Shown here in pieces: positions 1-8,200 of a DNA stretch of 32,000 bases. The DNA is from Coprobacillaceae bacterium (GTDB lineage Bacteria > Bacillota_I > Bacilli_A > Erysipelotrichales > Coprobacillaceae). Made by a program: the position numbers and the translations under genes. The stretch lies in NCBI GenBank assembly GCA_963675515.1, contig OY776328.1:1680001-1712000 (forward strand). The letters run 5' to 3'. Position 1 is the stretch's first letter. Each line of letters opens with the position of its first letter. The notes beneath the pieces are model-generated. The model saw nothing but the letters and a program-made list of their open reading frames with translations. It ran no database searches and was not told the DNA's origin.

Positions 1-78
1 TAATAACAAGTAAACATTTCATGTTGAAATTGAACCGCTTACATTGTATAATTAAGTAAGAGTTTGGAGGAAATTCAT

Positions 79-1194
79 ATGGGAAAAGTTAAAAAAATTG
101 CATTGTTGTCAGGTGGGGGCGACTGTCCTGGGCTCAATGCGGTAATCCGAGCAGTGACCAAAGCCGCTATTGGCAAATACGGCTATGAAGTGATTGGCTA
201 TGTCTACGGTTATGATGGTCTTTACAAGAACAATTACATCGAGCTGACCGAACAGAAAGTCGAAGGGATCTACAAAGAAGGTGGTACCATACTTTATAGC
301 TCCAACAAGACCAACCTGTTCGACATGCCCTTTGAGGATGAAAACGGCAATATAGTCAAGAAAGACGTATCCGATGTCGGAGTGGAAAACCTCAAGCAAG
401 CCGGAGTCGATGTCCTGGTTGTGTTGGGTGGCGACGGGACGCTCACCTCAGCGCGCGATTTCGCCCGCAAGGGTGTCAATGTCATCGGGATTCCAAAAAC
501 GATGGACAACGATCTGGCGGCGACTGATCTTACTTATGGATTCATCTCGGCAATGAGTGTGGGAACGGAGTTTATCGACCGGCTCAATACAACTGCCAAG
601 TCGCATCATCGGGTCATCTGTTGCGAGCTGATGGGCCGTGATGCCGGATGGATTGCGCTGTATGCCGGACTGGCCGGAAACGCTTCATGCATCCTGATTC
701 CGGAAATCCCTTTTTCTATCGAAAGCATTGTCAGACATGTGGCCAAGCGCGATGAGCAGGGACTTCCTTATACCGTGATTGCCGTGGCCGAGGGGGCCAA
801 GTATGCCGATGGGACCAAGGTTATCGGCAAGATTGTCGAGGATTCTCCCGATCCGATCCGCTATTCGGGACTCGCCCACAAGGTTGCTGACGACCTGGAA
901 ATGGCGATTGAAAACCATGAAGTCCGTTCCGTCAACCCAGGCCATATCATCCGGGGGGGCGATATCGATGCCTACGACCGGATCATTTCGATTCGATTCG
1001 CCATCAAAGCGGTTGAACTTATCAGCCAGGGACTGTTTGGCAATGTCGTGACTCTCAAGGGCAACGACATGACTTACAGTTCACTTGAAGAAGTGATCGG
1101 CCAGGCCAAAGTAGGGAAACAAAAACATGTCGACCCTAATGGAGAACTTGTGATGGCGGCCAAAGCCATCGGCGTATGTTTCGGTGACGATTAA
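79..1194 (+). CDS. pfkA: 6-phosphofructokinase (ATP-dependent type)
   Basis: ORF track 64..1194. I place the start at ATG 79 (GGAGGA a few nt upstream; 64 is a TTG). PFK family motifs are GGGDCPGLNAVIR, LGGDGTLTSA, IPKTMDNDL and MGRDAGWIAL. GGDG rather than GGDD suggests an ATP donor. Confidence 0.9.
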   Translation: MGKVKKIALLSGGGDCPGLNAVIRAVTKAAIGKYGYEVIGYVYGYDGLYKNNYIELTEQKVEGIYKEGGTILYSSNKTNLFDMPFEDENGNIVKKDVSDVGVENLKQAGVDVLVVLGGDGTLTSARDFARKGVNVIGIPKTMDNDLAATDLTYGFISAMSVGTEFIDRLNTTAKSHHRVICCELMGRDAGWIALYAGLAGNASCILIPEIPFSIESIVRHVAKRDEQGLPYTVIAVAEGAKYADGTKVIGKIVEDSPDPIRYSGLAHKVADDLEMAIENHEVRSVNPGHIIRGGDIDAYDRIISIRFAIKAVELISQGLFGNVVTLKGNDMTYSSLEEVIGQAKVGKQKHVDPNGELVMAAKAIGVCFGDD

Positions 1195-1208
1195 AAACAA
1201 ATAGACTG

Positions 1209-1250
1209 ACCCCGGCAATTGCCCTTTGTGGCATGATGGCCGGGGTTTTT
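1209..1250 (+). terminator. Rho-independent terminator after pfkA
   Basis: Stem ACCCCGGC (1209-1216) / GCCGGGGT (1239-1246) followed by a T-run. Confidence 0.75.
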
Positions 1251-1362
1251 ATTTTGAGTTTTCCAGCTAACATCAACAGTTGGATTTTTTCAATTTTCTA
1301 AAGGTGCTATAGCTGTTCTTATGAAAATAATTCATTTCCAAAAAGAGCTGATTTGAAATTCG

Positions 1363-1395
1363 TGTGACTGCTATGTGACATCAAAGGGTTAGTAT
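1363..1395 (+). promoter_or_regulatory. Direct-repeat operator plus -10 (site 1): TGTGACT-gcta-TGTGACA-N9-TAGTAT
   Basis: Heptamers at 1363-1369 and 1374-1380 with 11-bp periodicity. A -10-like TAGTAT at 1390-1395 follows exactly 9 nt after the second repeat. The same architecture occurs at 16431-16463 and 22537-22569. Confidence 0.7.
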
Positions 1396-1455
1396 TTGAA
1401 TGAATAGAATAGTGATATTTGTATGAAAATGGCTTATAGAATAAAGGTGGTATAT

Positions 1456-2058
1456 ATGAAGAAAAAAAGATGGATTATTCTAATAATAGCTTTATTTGTT
1501 GCGGGAGTAGGGCTCACCCTGGCTTTTTTGAATGACTCCGACTATGCTACCAACAAATTTGATGCAGGATATGTGAATGTCGCGGTCGTTGAAAACGGCG
1601 ATGAAGGCACATTTTATGAAGACGGCACCGGAGCTCAGGGTGAAGGTCTGACACTGCCTTTGGTTGAGGGTACAGCGGCCAAAACCGTGCAGGTTGCCAA
1701 CAAGGACACATACGACGACGGATCACCGCTCAACACGGTCGACACTTATGTGAGAGTGAAACTAGTTCCGGTATTGAAAAACGACCTCGATGAGATTGTT
1801 CCAACCGATATCAATGGGGCCATCGTTTATGAAAACCTGGATCTTACCAACTGGCAAAAGATTGGTGACTATTATTATTACAAAACAGTACTCAACGCCG
1901 GCGAACTGACAACACCGTTGTTTACCGGAGTGACTTACACCAACAGCCTTGGAGCAAACGAACATCTGGAAATGAACGTCATGGTTGAAGGCATCGCCGC
2001 CAACCAGACAGATGGAACTCAAAGCTCGCCTCAGGCGGTTTGGGGGGTCAGCTTATAA
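1456..2058 (+). CDS. Secreted TasA/camelysin-like protein with SipW-cognate signal peptide (200 aa)
   Basis: ORF track 1423..2058. Start moved to ATG 1456 (AAGGTGG upstream). N-terminus MKKKRWIILIIALFVAGVGLTLAFLNDSDYATNKFDAG resembles the TasA signal/cleavage region (...GGGTWAAFNDIKSKDATFASG). The body is beta-rich, and the C-terminal part (...EMNVMVEGIAANQ...) fits the family pattern. Confidence 0.75.
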   Translation: MKKKRWIILIIALFVAGVGLTLAFLNDSDYATNKFDAGYVNVAVVENGDEGTFYEDGTGAQGEGLTLPLVEGTAAKTVQVANKDTYDDGSPLNTVDTYVRVKLVPVLKNDLDEIVPTDINGAIVYENLDLTNWQKIGDYYYYKTVLNAGELTTPLFTGVTYTNSLGANEHLEMNVMVEGIAANQTDGTQSSPQAVWGVSL

Positions 2059-2100
2059 TGATCAATCAACTTATATTGCAAAAGAGGTAAGGTGATAATA

Positions 2101-2802
2101 ATGAATAAAAGACACATGATATTTACAGGAATGGTTTTCTCGCTGATCTTGCTTACAGTCAGCTCGTCAACGGCTCTGCTTGCTGATTCTTCGGGACCGG
2201 CCCAAAACATATTCACCTCGACTAGAAAAGTGGACATCCTGTTGCGTGAACCGGGATGGGATGGATACAGCTTTGATGATGATGGTTGGGAACACGGCTT
2301 GGGAACCAAAGACGACTCAACAAGTCTGGATCTGGGTTTCAACAAGGCGACAACTTACATGCCGGGTGACACAATCGTCAAGGATCCAAAGATCCAACTC
2401 GATCAGAGCAGTGAAGACTGTTATGTGGCAATGAAAGTCTCATTCCTGCTTAAGGATGCGACCGGTACATACATAAATGTAGATAAATCGGAACTTACAA
2501 GCACCCTGATTGATGATCTGGTGATCAGCTCCAACTGGCATCAGATTCCCGACAGTGAAACCCCGCCTGAAAACAAGTATGAGATCTATATTTTTGATGG
2601 CGCTGATGACATTGCGGACCTTCTTTCCACCGATGGCACATCGGGTACGGACGCACTGTTTAGCGAAATCAAGGTAAAGTTCAATATATATGAAGAAAAT
2701 CTCAAAGATTTTGAAATCAATGTGAATGCATATGCGATTCAGGGGACAAACCTGGATATCGGCGATGTTGATTCCACAATGCTTGAATTCATCGAAGATT
2801 AG
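2101..2802 (+). CDS. Secreted TasA-like paralogue, REPxWDGY subfamily (233 aa)
   Basis: ORF track 2092..2802. ATG 2101 follows AAGAGGTAAGGTG. N-terminus MNKRHMIFTGMVFSLILLTVSSSTALLADSSGPAQNIFTS is a SipW-type signal. Clear paralogue of 16595..17278: NIFTSTRKVDILLREPGWDGYSF vs NVFTSSRGIDIELREPAWDGYDF, YMPGDTIVKDPKI vs YLPGDTVPKDPTI, DCYVAMKV vs NTYVAMKL. Confidence 0.75.
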   Translation: MNKRHMIFTGMVFSLILLTVSSSTALLADSSGPAQNIFTSTRKVDILLREPGWDGYSFDDDGWEHGLGTKDDSTSLDLGFNKATTYMPGDTIVKDPKIQLDQSSEDCYVAMKVSFLLKDATGTYINVDKSELTSTLIDDLVISSNWHQIPDSETPPENKYEIYIFDGADDIADLLSTDGTSGTDALFSEIKVKFNIYEENLKDFEINVNAYAIQGTNLDIGDVDSTMLEFIED

Positions 2803-2836
2803 GATTTCAAAATCATAGAAAGGAGAATAGCTACAT

Positions 2837-5416
2837 ATGAAAATTAAAAACATCATAAAAATGGGTCTCGTGTTGTTTCTTACATTGGGCATCATATCCC
2901 TGCCAAATAACGTTGATGCCCTTACACAAGAAGAGCTGGATACAATTCACATGGATAAGACAGCTACATACAATGGGGATGGCACTTATACCATTAACCT
3001 GGAAACCTATGTCACTGGTGATATAACGGTCACATCTGAAGATGTGCCGGTTGACTTTATTCTGGTGTTGGACCAATCAGGGTCTATGGATTCGTATTTT
3101 GCCTCAGGCAAAACCCGTATGGAAGCTTTGAAGGATGCGGCACATGATTTCGTCGATTCGATCGATGCTTTGGATCGAACGACAGGTGATACAGTTTCCA
3201 TTGTGGGATTCGCAACTGATCCGGACTCCGTGTATGCAACCCCCGGAGGTGGAAGTTACCAAGTTACAGAAGCCTTTGATGGAAATACAGGGCCCAGCCC
3301 ATCAACATATCAGGATACTCCTGGTTGGCCTTACAATACCGTTATGGGTTGGAGCTATACAAATTTGGTCAGTAGGGTAGTCAAAGGAGTCGAAACCAAT
3401 AATTCGGATATCCATGACGCCATTGATTCACTTAAACCAGAAGGAGCTACTTCAGCTGATACTGGTATGGAAATTGCTAGACAGATATATAATGCAACTG
3501 CTTCAAATGGACACTTGAAGGTGATTTTATTCTTCACCGATGGTGTACCAACTACTGCAAGTTCTTTTAGTCCTACTGTTGCTAATGCTGCAATTACAGT
3601 TGCAAAGGAACTGAAAGATAATGGTGTAAAAATATTTACAGTCAAAACATCTAATGTTAATGACAATGATACAATCAATTACATGAAGGCTATGTCTTCA
3701 AATTATCCTTATGCGACCAGCTATACATCATTGGGAACTCAGGAAAGCAATGATTTTTATTATAATGTTGCTGATACTCTTGATATGCAAAATGTTTTTG
3801 AAACTGTTCAAAATTACGGAATTGTACAAAACTCGATTCTTTCGACTGATACGGAACTTGTCGATTACTGTTCGGACGTATTGACTGTTCCGGCCTTGGC
3901 AGATGTCCATGTGTATACCTATGCATATACCGGCAGCGGCACTTTCTCTTCCACAGGAGTGGAACTGACCAAAGGCGTCGATGTAACTGCAACAATCGAT
4001 TCGGTTGCAAAAACGATAACGGTCACTGGATTCGATTATGCGGCAAACTCCTGCATAGATGGCGATGGTACTATCCCGACTCAGGGTAACAAACTAGTTG
4101 TTTCATTCACTACGACTGATATACCTGGTTTTATCGGCGGAAACAACGTTGAAACCAACACTCCCGATTCGGCCTTGTATTATGAGGATGAGGAAATCAA
4201 ACCATTCCCCGAACCGACTGTCAATGTTCCTTTGGACTATGAATTCACAGCGAATGATCAGGCGATCTACATCACAAACAATCTTGAAGACGTCACGGCC
4301 TTCTTCGATGATGTATCAACATCAGGTATCCAATATCAGATTGACGGGGTCACCTATGACCTAGGAGAACATCGCAACGATTATGCGGACGTCACTTATC
4401 AGATATATGATGGAACCACCTTGATTGGTGAATATACAATACCGGCCGGTGGCACAACTGGAAGTTTCACATGGTATCCCGACGCGCTTGACACGTCTGG
4501 TTTGACAGGAACCCATGAGTATACAATCAAAGCTGTTGTGGAAACGCAAACGGCACTTCCAACCAGCACAGGCACTCCTGTCACAGCGCCGCTTGTAATT
4601 GAGGACACCGCAAAAGTGTTTGTATTCGTACCTCAGGTGACTACAAACGATGAGGTCATCTTCAAAGGTGAATCATTCACAGTGGATAACATAAATGAAA
4701 CAGTAAATTGGGTTTGCAATGATCCGGCTTATGTGCCAGGAGTTGACCCGGTTGTCCAGGGCACTGCTCCTACGCTGAGCTACAGTCTCGATGGCGGCAC
4801 CTCAAGTGTCATAACCACTCCAACAACCAAAGATACAAACGTGATCACATATAACGTGAGTGTATATGCGAATGGTAATGATGTGACTGCCAATCTTGCA
4901 ACCGGTTCGGATGTCCAGTTCAACGTATACATCGTTGAAGGAGAATTCCAGATAACCCAGATTATCGATGTCGAATACTCACAGATTGACATCTCGGCAC
5001 TACAGGGATTCGGCTATGAAATCCAGAAACTTGACGGAGGAGGCAATGTGGTTGAAACTTACAATGTCGCCCTTTATCCTCGCGAAGGATCAAGCGACTC
5101 GGATATAATTTCAGGCTTATCAATTGGAACGTATAGGGTTGTCAGTGATGACGCCTGGCTGGTAAGATACACCAATGCGCTTCAAAATCCGGACTCGGAT
5201 CCGATTTCACCTGATTCGATTATCGTTACATTAAGCAGAGATGATCTAAATTTTGTTGACATCCGCCAGGATGATATTGTCAATCTGGCAGCTATTGGCA
5301 TTACAATTACCAACACTGACGATGATGTGACTTTTGTAGCTACGAAGGTTCCTTCATACTGGCTGTCTGATTCAGGATATTCAAGAAATATCATAAATAA
5401 TCCTGTGTCTGAATAA
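2837..5416 (+). CDS. Large secreted von Willebrand factor A (vWA) domain protein, 859 aa, adhesin-like
   Basis: RBS AAAGGAGA precedes the ATG. Signal peptide MKIKNIIKMGLVLFLTLGIISLPNNVDA. MIDAS-type motif VDFILVLDQSGSM (DxSxS), with later ...FFTDG... typical of vWA. About 500 aa of T/V/D/Y-rich, beta-type C-terminal sequence. No LPXTG and no C-terminal TM segment. Confidence 0.8.
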   Translation: MKIKNIIKMGLVLFLTLGIISLPNNVDALTQEELDTIHMDKTATYNGDGTYTINLETYVTGDITVTSEDVPVDFILVLDQSGSMDSYFASGKTRMEALKDAAHDFVDSIDALDRTTGDTVSIVGFATDPDSVYATPGGGSYQVTEAFDGNTGPSPSTYQDTPGWPYNTVMGWSYTNLVSRVVKGVETNNSDIHDAIDSLKPEGATSADTGMEIARQIYNATASNGHLKVILFFTDGVPTTASSFSPTVANAAITVAKELKDNGVKIFTVKTSNVNDNDTINYMKAMSSNYPYATSYTSLGTQESNDFYYNVADTLDMQNVFETVQNYGIVQNSILSTDTELVDYCSDVLTVPALADVHVYTYAYTGSGTFSSTGVELTKGVDVTATIDSVAKTITVTGFDYAANSCIDGDGTIPTQGNKLVVSFTTTDIPGFIGGNNVETNTPDSALYYEDEEIKPFPEPTVNVPLDYEFTANDQAIYITNNLEDVTAFFDDVSTSGIQYQIDGVTYDLGEHRNDYADVTYQIYDGTTLIGEYTIPAGGTTGSFTWYPDALDTSGLTGTHEYTIKAVVETQTALPTSTGTPVTAPLVIEDTAKVFVFVPQVTTNDEVIFKGESFTVDNINETVNWVCNDPAYVPGVDPVVQGTAPTLSYSLDGGTSSVITTPTTKDTNVITYNVSVYANGNDVTANLATGSDVQFNVYIVEGEFQITQIIDVEYSQIDISALQGFGYEIQKLDGGGNVVETYNVALYPREGSSDSDIISGLSIGTYRVVSDDAWLVRYTNALQNPDSDPISPDSIIVTLSRDDLNFVDIRQDDIVNLAAIGITITNTDDDVTFVATKVPSYWLSDSGYSRNIINNPVSE

Positions 5417-5433
5417 TGTAATTAACGAATATG

Positions 5434-5468
5434 ACTCGAAGAATTCTTAATGTGTTCTTCGAGTTTTT
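5434..5468 (+). terminator. Rho-independent terminator of the locus-1 operon
   Basis: Stem ACTCGAAGAA (5434-5443) / TTCTTCGAGT (5455-5464) followed by TTTTT. Confidence 0.8.
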
Positions 5469-5512
5469 GCCATTTCTACAGTTACCTAGTATGCGACTTT
5501 GGCAGTTTTCTC

Positions 5513-5541
5513 TTGACAGTGCTAAGTTACCGTTGTATCAT
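5513..5541 (+). promoter_or_regulatory. Sigma-A-type promoter of htpG
   Basis: TTGACA (5513-5518), 17-nt spacer, TATCAT (5536-5541). Confidence 0.6.
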
Positions 5542-5545
5542 ATCT

Positions 5546-5572
5546 TTAGCAAATCACCATTAAGAGTGCTAA
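5546..5572 (+). promoter_or_regulatory. CIRCE-like inverted repeat (HrcA operator type)
   Basis: TTAGCAAAT-CACCATTAA-GAGTGCTAA against consensus TTAGCACTC-N9-GAGTGCTAA. The right arm is perfect, the left arm 6/9, and the spacing is exactly 9 nt. It lies between the -10 and the RBS of htpG. An extra AGTGCTAAG copy sits at 5518-5526. Confidence 0.6.
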
Positions 5573-5584
5573 GGAGGAAATTAC

Positions 5585-7483
5585 ATGACTGAAAAAAAAC
5601 AGTTCAAAGCTGAATCACAACGCTTGCTCGATTTGATGATCAATTCGATCTACACCCATCGCGATATTTTCTTGCGCGAGCTTATCTCGAACGCATCGGA
5701 TGCCAACGACAAGCTGTACTACAAGGCGCTGACTGAAAATATTTCGTCAATCGCCAAAGATGATCTTTCGATCACCTTGAGCTTCGACAAGGAAAAAAGG
5801 ACGATCACCATCAAGGACAGCGGAATCGGGATGAACAAGGAAGATCTCGAAAACAACCTTGGAACGATCGCCAATTCGGATTCGTTCGCCTTCAAGGCGC
5901 AAAACGACAAGGAACATGACGATATCGATATCATCGGCCAGTTCGGAGTCGGTTTCTATGCCGCTTTCATGGTTGCAAACAAAGTTGAGGTGACTTCGAA
6001 GAAATTCGGTGAAGACCAGGGCTATACCTGGGTTTCTCAGGTGGTCGACGGTTACGAGATTTTCGAAACAGACGTTGCCAGCCACGGGACAACGATCACT
6101 TTGCACCTGAAGGACAACAGCGAAGACGAAAACTTCGACGAGTATCTCGACCAGTACAAACTCCAATCGCTGATCAAGAAATATTCGGACTATGTCCACT
6201 ATCCAATCAAGATGGCCATGAGCGTGTCAAAGCCAAAAGCGGACGCACAAGACGAATATGAGGATGTCGAAGAGATCCAGACACTCAATTCGATGATTCC
6301 ACTGTGGAAACGCAACAAGAGCGAGATCACCGATGAGGAATACAGCGAATTCTATCAGGACAAATTCAACGACTATCATGAACCGTTGAAGGTCATCCAC
6401 ACATCGGTTGAAGGAAACATCTCGTATACATCTTTGCTGTTCATCCCTTCAAAACCGCCGATGGATTACTTCTCGAACGACTATGAAAAAGGACTGCAGC
6501 TTTACAGCCGCGGGGTCTTCATCATGGACAAGGCCAGTGACCTGGTGCCAGAACACTTCAGATTCATCAAAGGTCTGGTAGATTCGCAAGACCTTTCATT
6601 GAACATCTCACGTGAGATCCTGCAACAGGACCGCCAGATGAAATCGATCGCCAACTCGCTTGAAAAGAAGATCCAAAGGGAACTGGAAAACCTGCTTAAA
6701 AACGAACGCGAAAAATATGAACAGTTCTTCGAGAACTTCGGAATCCAGCTTAAATTTGGCATCTACAACTCTTACGGGATGCTAAAAGACAAGTTGCAAG
6801 ACCTGCTGCTTTTCTATTCGGCTAAACATGAAAAGATGATCACATTGAAAGAATATGTCGAAGCGATGGGTGAAGACCAGAAGGAAATATTCTTCGCTTC
6901 TGGTTCGGACAAGGCGAAAATTGCCAGACTGCCGCAGGTGGAACTTGTCCAGGACAAAGGTTTCGATGTATTGTACCTGACTGACAATGTCGATGAGTTC
7001 ACATTGCAGATGATGATGAACTACGATGAAAAACCGTTCAAGAACGTCCAACAGGGTGACCTGAATCTGGAAACCGAAGAGGAAAAAGAAAAACTGGAGC
7101 AGACAGCCAAGGAAAACACCGACTTGCTTCAAGCGCTCAAGGAATCATTGAAGGACAAGGTTGAAGATGTCAAAATCTCATCACGCCTGAAATCACATCC
7201 AGTGTGCATAGTTTCAAGTGACGGATTGTCTTTGGAAATGGAAAAAGTGCTCTCGGCGATGCCAAACTCACAGGAAGCCAAGGCGAAAAGAATTCTGGAA
7301 ATCAATCCGAACCATGCCATCTTCAACGCTTTGCAGTCCATCTTCCAAAAAAATCCGGACAAGGTCAAGGATTACGGAGCGTTGCTGTATGATCAGGCAT
7401 TGCTTATTGAAGGGTTCACATTGGAAGATCCGGTGGAATTCTCAAATCGCATCTGCGAGTTGATGGTTGAAGCAAACAAATAA
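5585..7483 (+). CDS. htpG: Molecular chaperone HtpG (Hsp90 family)
   Basis: 632 aa. N-terminal GHKL ATPase signature FKAESQRLLDLMINSIYTHRDIFLRELISNASDANDKL, plus IGQFGVGFYAAFMVA. RBS AAGGAGG. Confidence 0.95.
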   Translation: MTEKKQFKAESQRLLDLMINSIYTHRDIFLRELISNASDANDKLYYKALTENISSIAKDDLSITLSFDKEKRTITIKDSGIGMNKEDLENNLGTIANSDSFAFKAQNDKEHDDIDIIGQFGVGFYAAFMVANKVEVTSKKFGEDQGYTWVSQVVDGYEIFETDVASHGTTITLHLKDNSEDENFDEYLDQYKLQSLIKKYSDYVHYPIKMAMSVSKPKADAQDEYEDVEEIQTLNSMIPLWKRNKSEITDEEYSEFYQDKFNDYHEPLKVIHTSVEGNISYTSLLFIPSKPPMDYFSNDYEKGLQLYSRGVFIMDKASDLVPEHFRFIKGLVDSQDLSLNISREILQQDRQMKSIANSLEKKIQRELENLLKNEREKYEQFFENFGIQLKFGIYNSYGMLKDKLQDLLLFYSAKHEKMITLKEYVEAMGEDQKEIFFASGSDKAKIARLPQVELVQDKGFDVLYLTDNVDEFTLQMMMNYDEKPFKNVQQGDLNLETEEEKEKLEQTAKENTDLLQALKESLKDKVEDVKISSRLKSHPVCIVSSDGLSLEMEKVLSAMPNSQEAKAKRILEINPNHAIFNALQSIFQKNPDKVKDYGALLYDQALLIEGFTLEDPVEFSNRICELMVEANK

Positions 7484-7493
7484 GGGGAAAACT

Positions 7494-8030
7494 ATGGAAT
7501 TCAATGAAGTCGTTAAGCTGCGCCGTTCAATAAGAGAATATGAAAACAGTCCGGTGAGCGACCAGATTCTTGAACAGATAATAGCCAGCGCGTCATTGGC
7601 GCCGTCTTGGAAAAATTCGCAGACGACCAGGTTTCATATCGTGAAGTCGCCAGAAATGCTGGAAAGATTCAAGAACGAATGCCTGCCGGAATTCAATGCG
7701 AAAAATGTGGCCGATGCGCCGGTAGTGATAGTGGTAAGCTTTATCAAGGATCGGGCGGGTTATGACCGTAACGGTTCACCATCCAACGAACTGCTCAACG
7801 GTTGGGGCATTTACGATGCCGGACTTGCCAGCGAGAACCTGATGTTAAAAGCCAGCGATCTTGGTCTTGGAACCCTGGTCATGGGCATCCGCGACGAAAA
7901 GAAAATCCGATTGCTTCTTGAAATCCCGGCCAATGAGACAGTCATCTCGGTGATTGGACTTGGCTATGGGCAGACAAGAATGGAACGGCCAGTTCGCAAG
8001 AGTTTCGAACAACTGACAAAAACATACTAA
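7494..8030 (+). CDS. Nitroreductase family protein
   Basis: ORF track 7467..8030. ATG 7494 follows AAGGGGA, and htpG ends at 7483. Motifs: LRRSIREY..., ...ASLAPSWKNSQTTRFHIV... Confidence 0.8.
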   Translation: MEFNEVVKLRRSIREYENSPVSDQILEQIIASASLAPSWKNSQTTRFHIVKSPEMLERFKNECLPEFNAKNVADAPVVIVVSFIKDRAGYDRNGSPSNELLNGWGIYDAGLASENLMLKASDLGLGTLVMGIRDEKKIRLLLEIPANETVISVIGLGYGQTRMERPVRKSFEQLTKTY

Positions 8031-8033
8031 AGA

Positions 8034-8082
8034 GGCTGTAACGAATAAAGGTTTTTAACCTTTGCTCGTTGCAGCTTTTTTT
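8034..8082 (+). terminator. Long hairpin plus T-run directly after the nitroreductase stop (may also be the left end of the IS)
   Basis: GGCTGTAACGA ... TCGTTGCAGC (one G-U pair) with inner stem AAAGGTT/AACCTTT, then TTTTTTT. Confidence 0.6.
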
Positions 8083-8200
8083 CTGTCAAAAATGATTTTT
8101 AATGAATTTAGGCAAATCAAAAAATGGAAGATTAGTTTCCACGGTTTAAGGGCATGTTTAAAAAATCATTTCAAATAATGGGTTTTGGTTTTAGATTTTC

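Noticed and set aside
2837-5416. Sortase-assembled pilus interpretation of the vWA protein and neighbouring small secreted proteins.
   Set aside because: The vWA protein and the TasA-like proteins have no LPXTG or pilin (YPKN) motifs. No sortase gene is in the window. The small proteins have SipW-type rather than sortase-pilin features.
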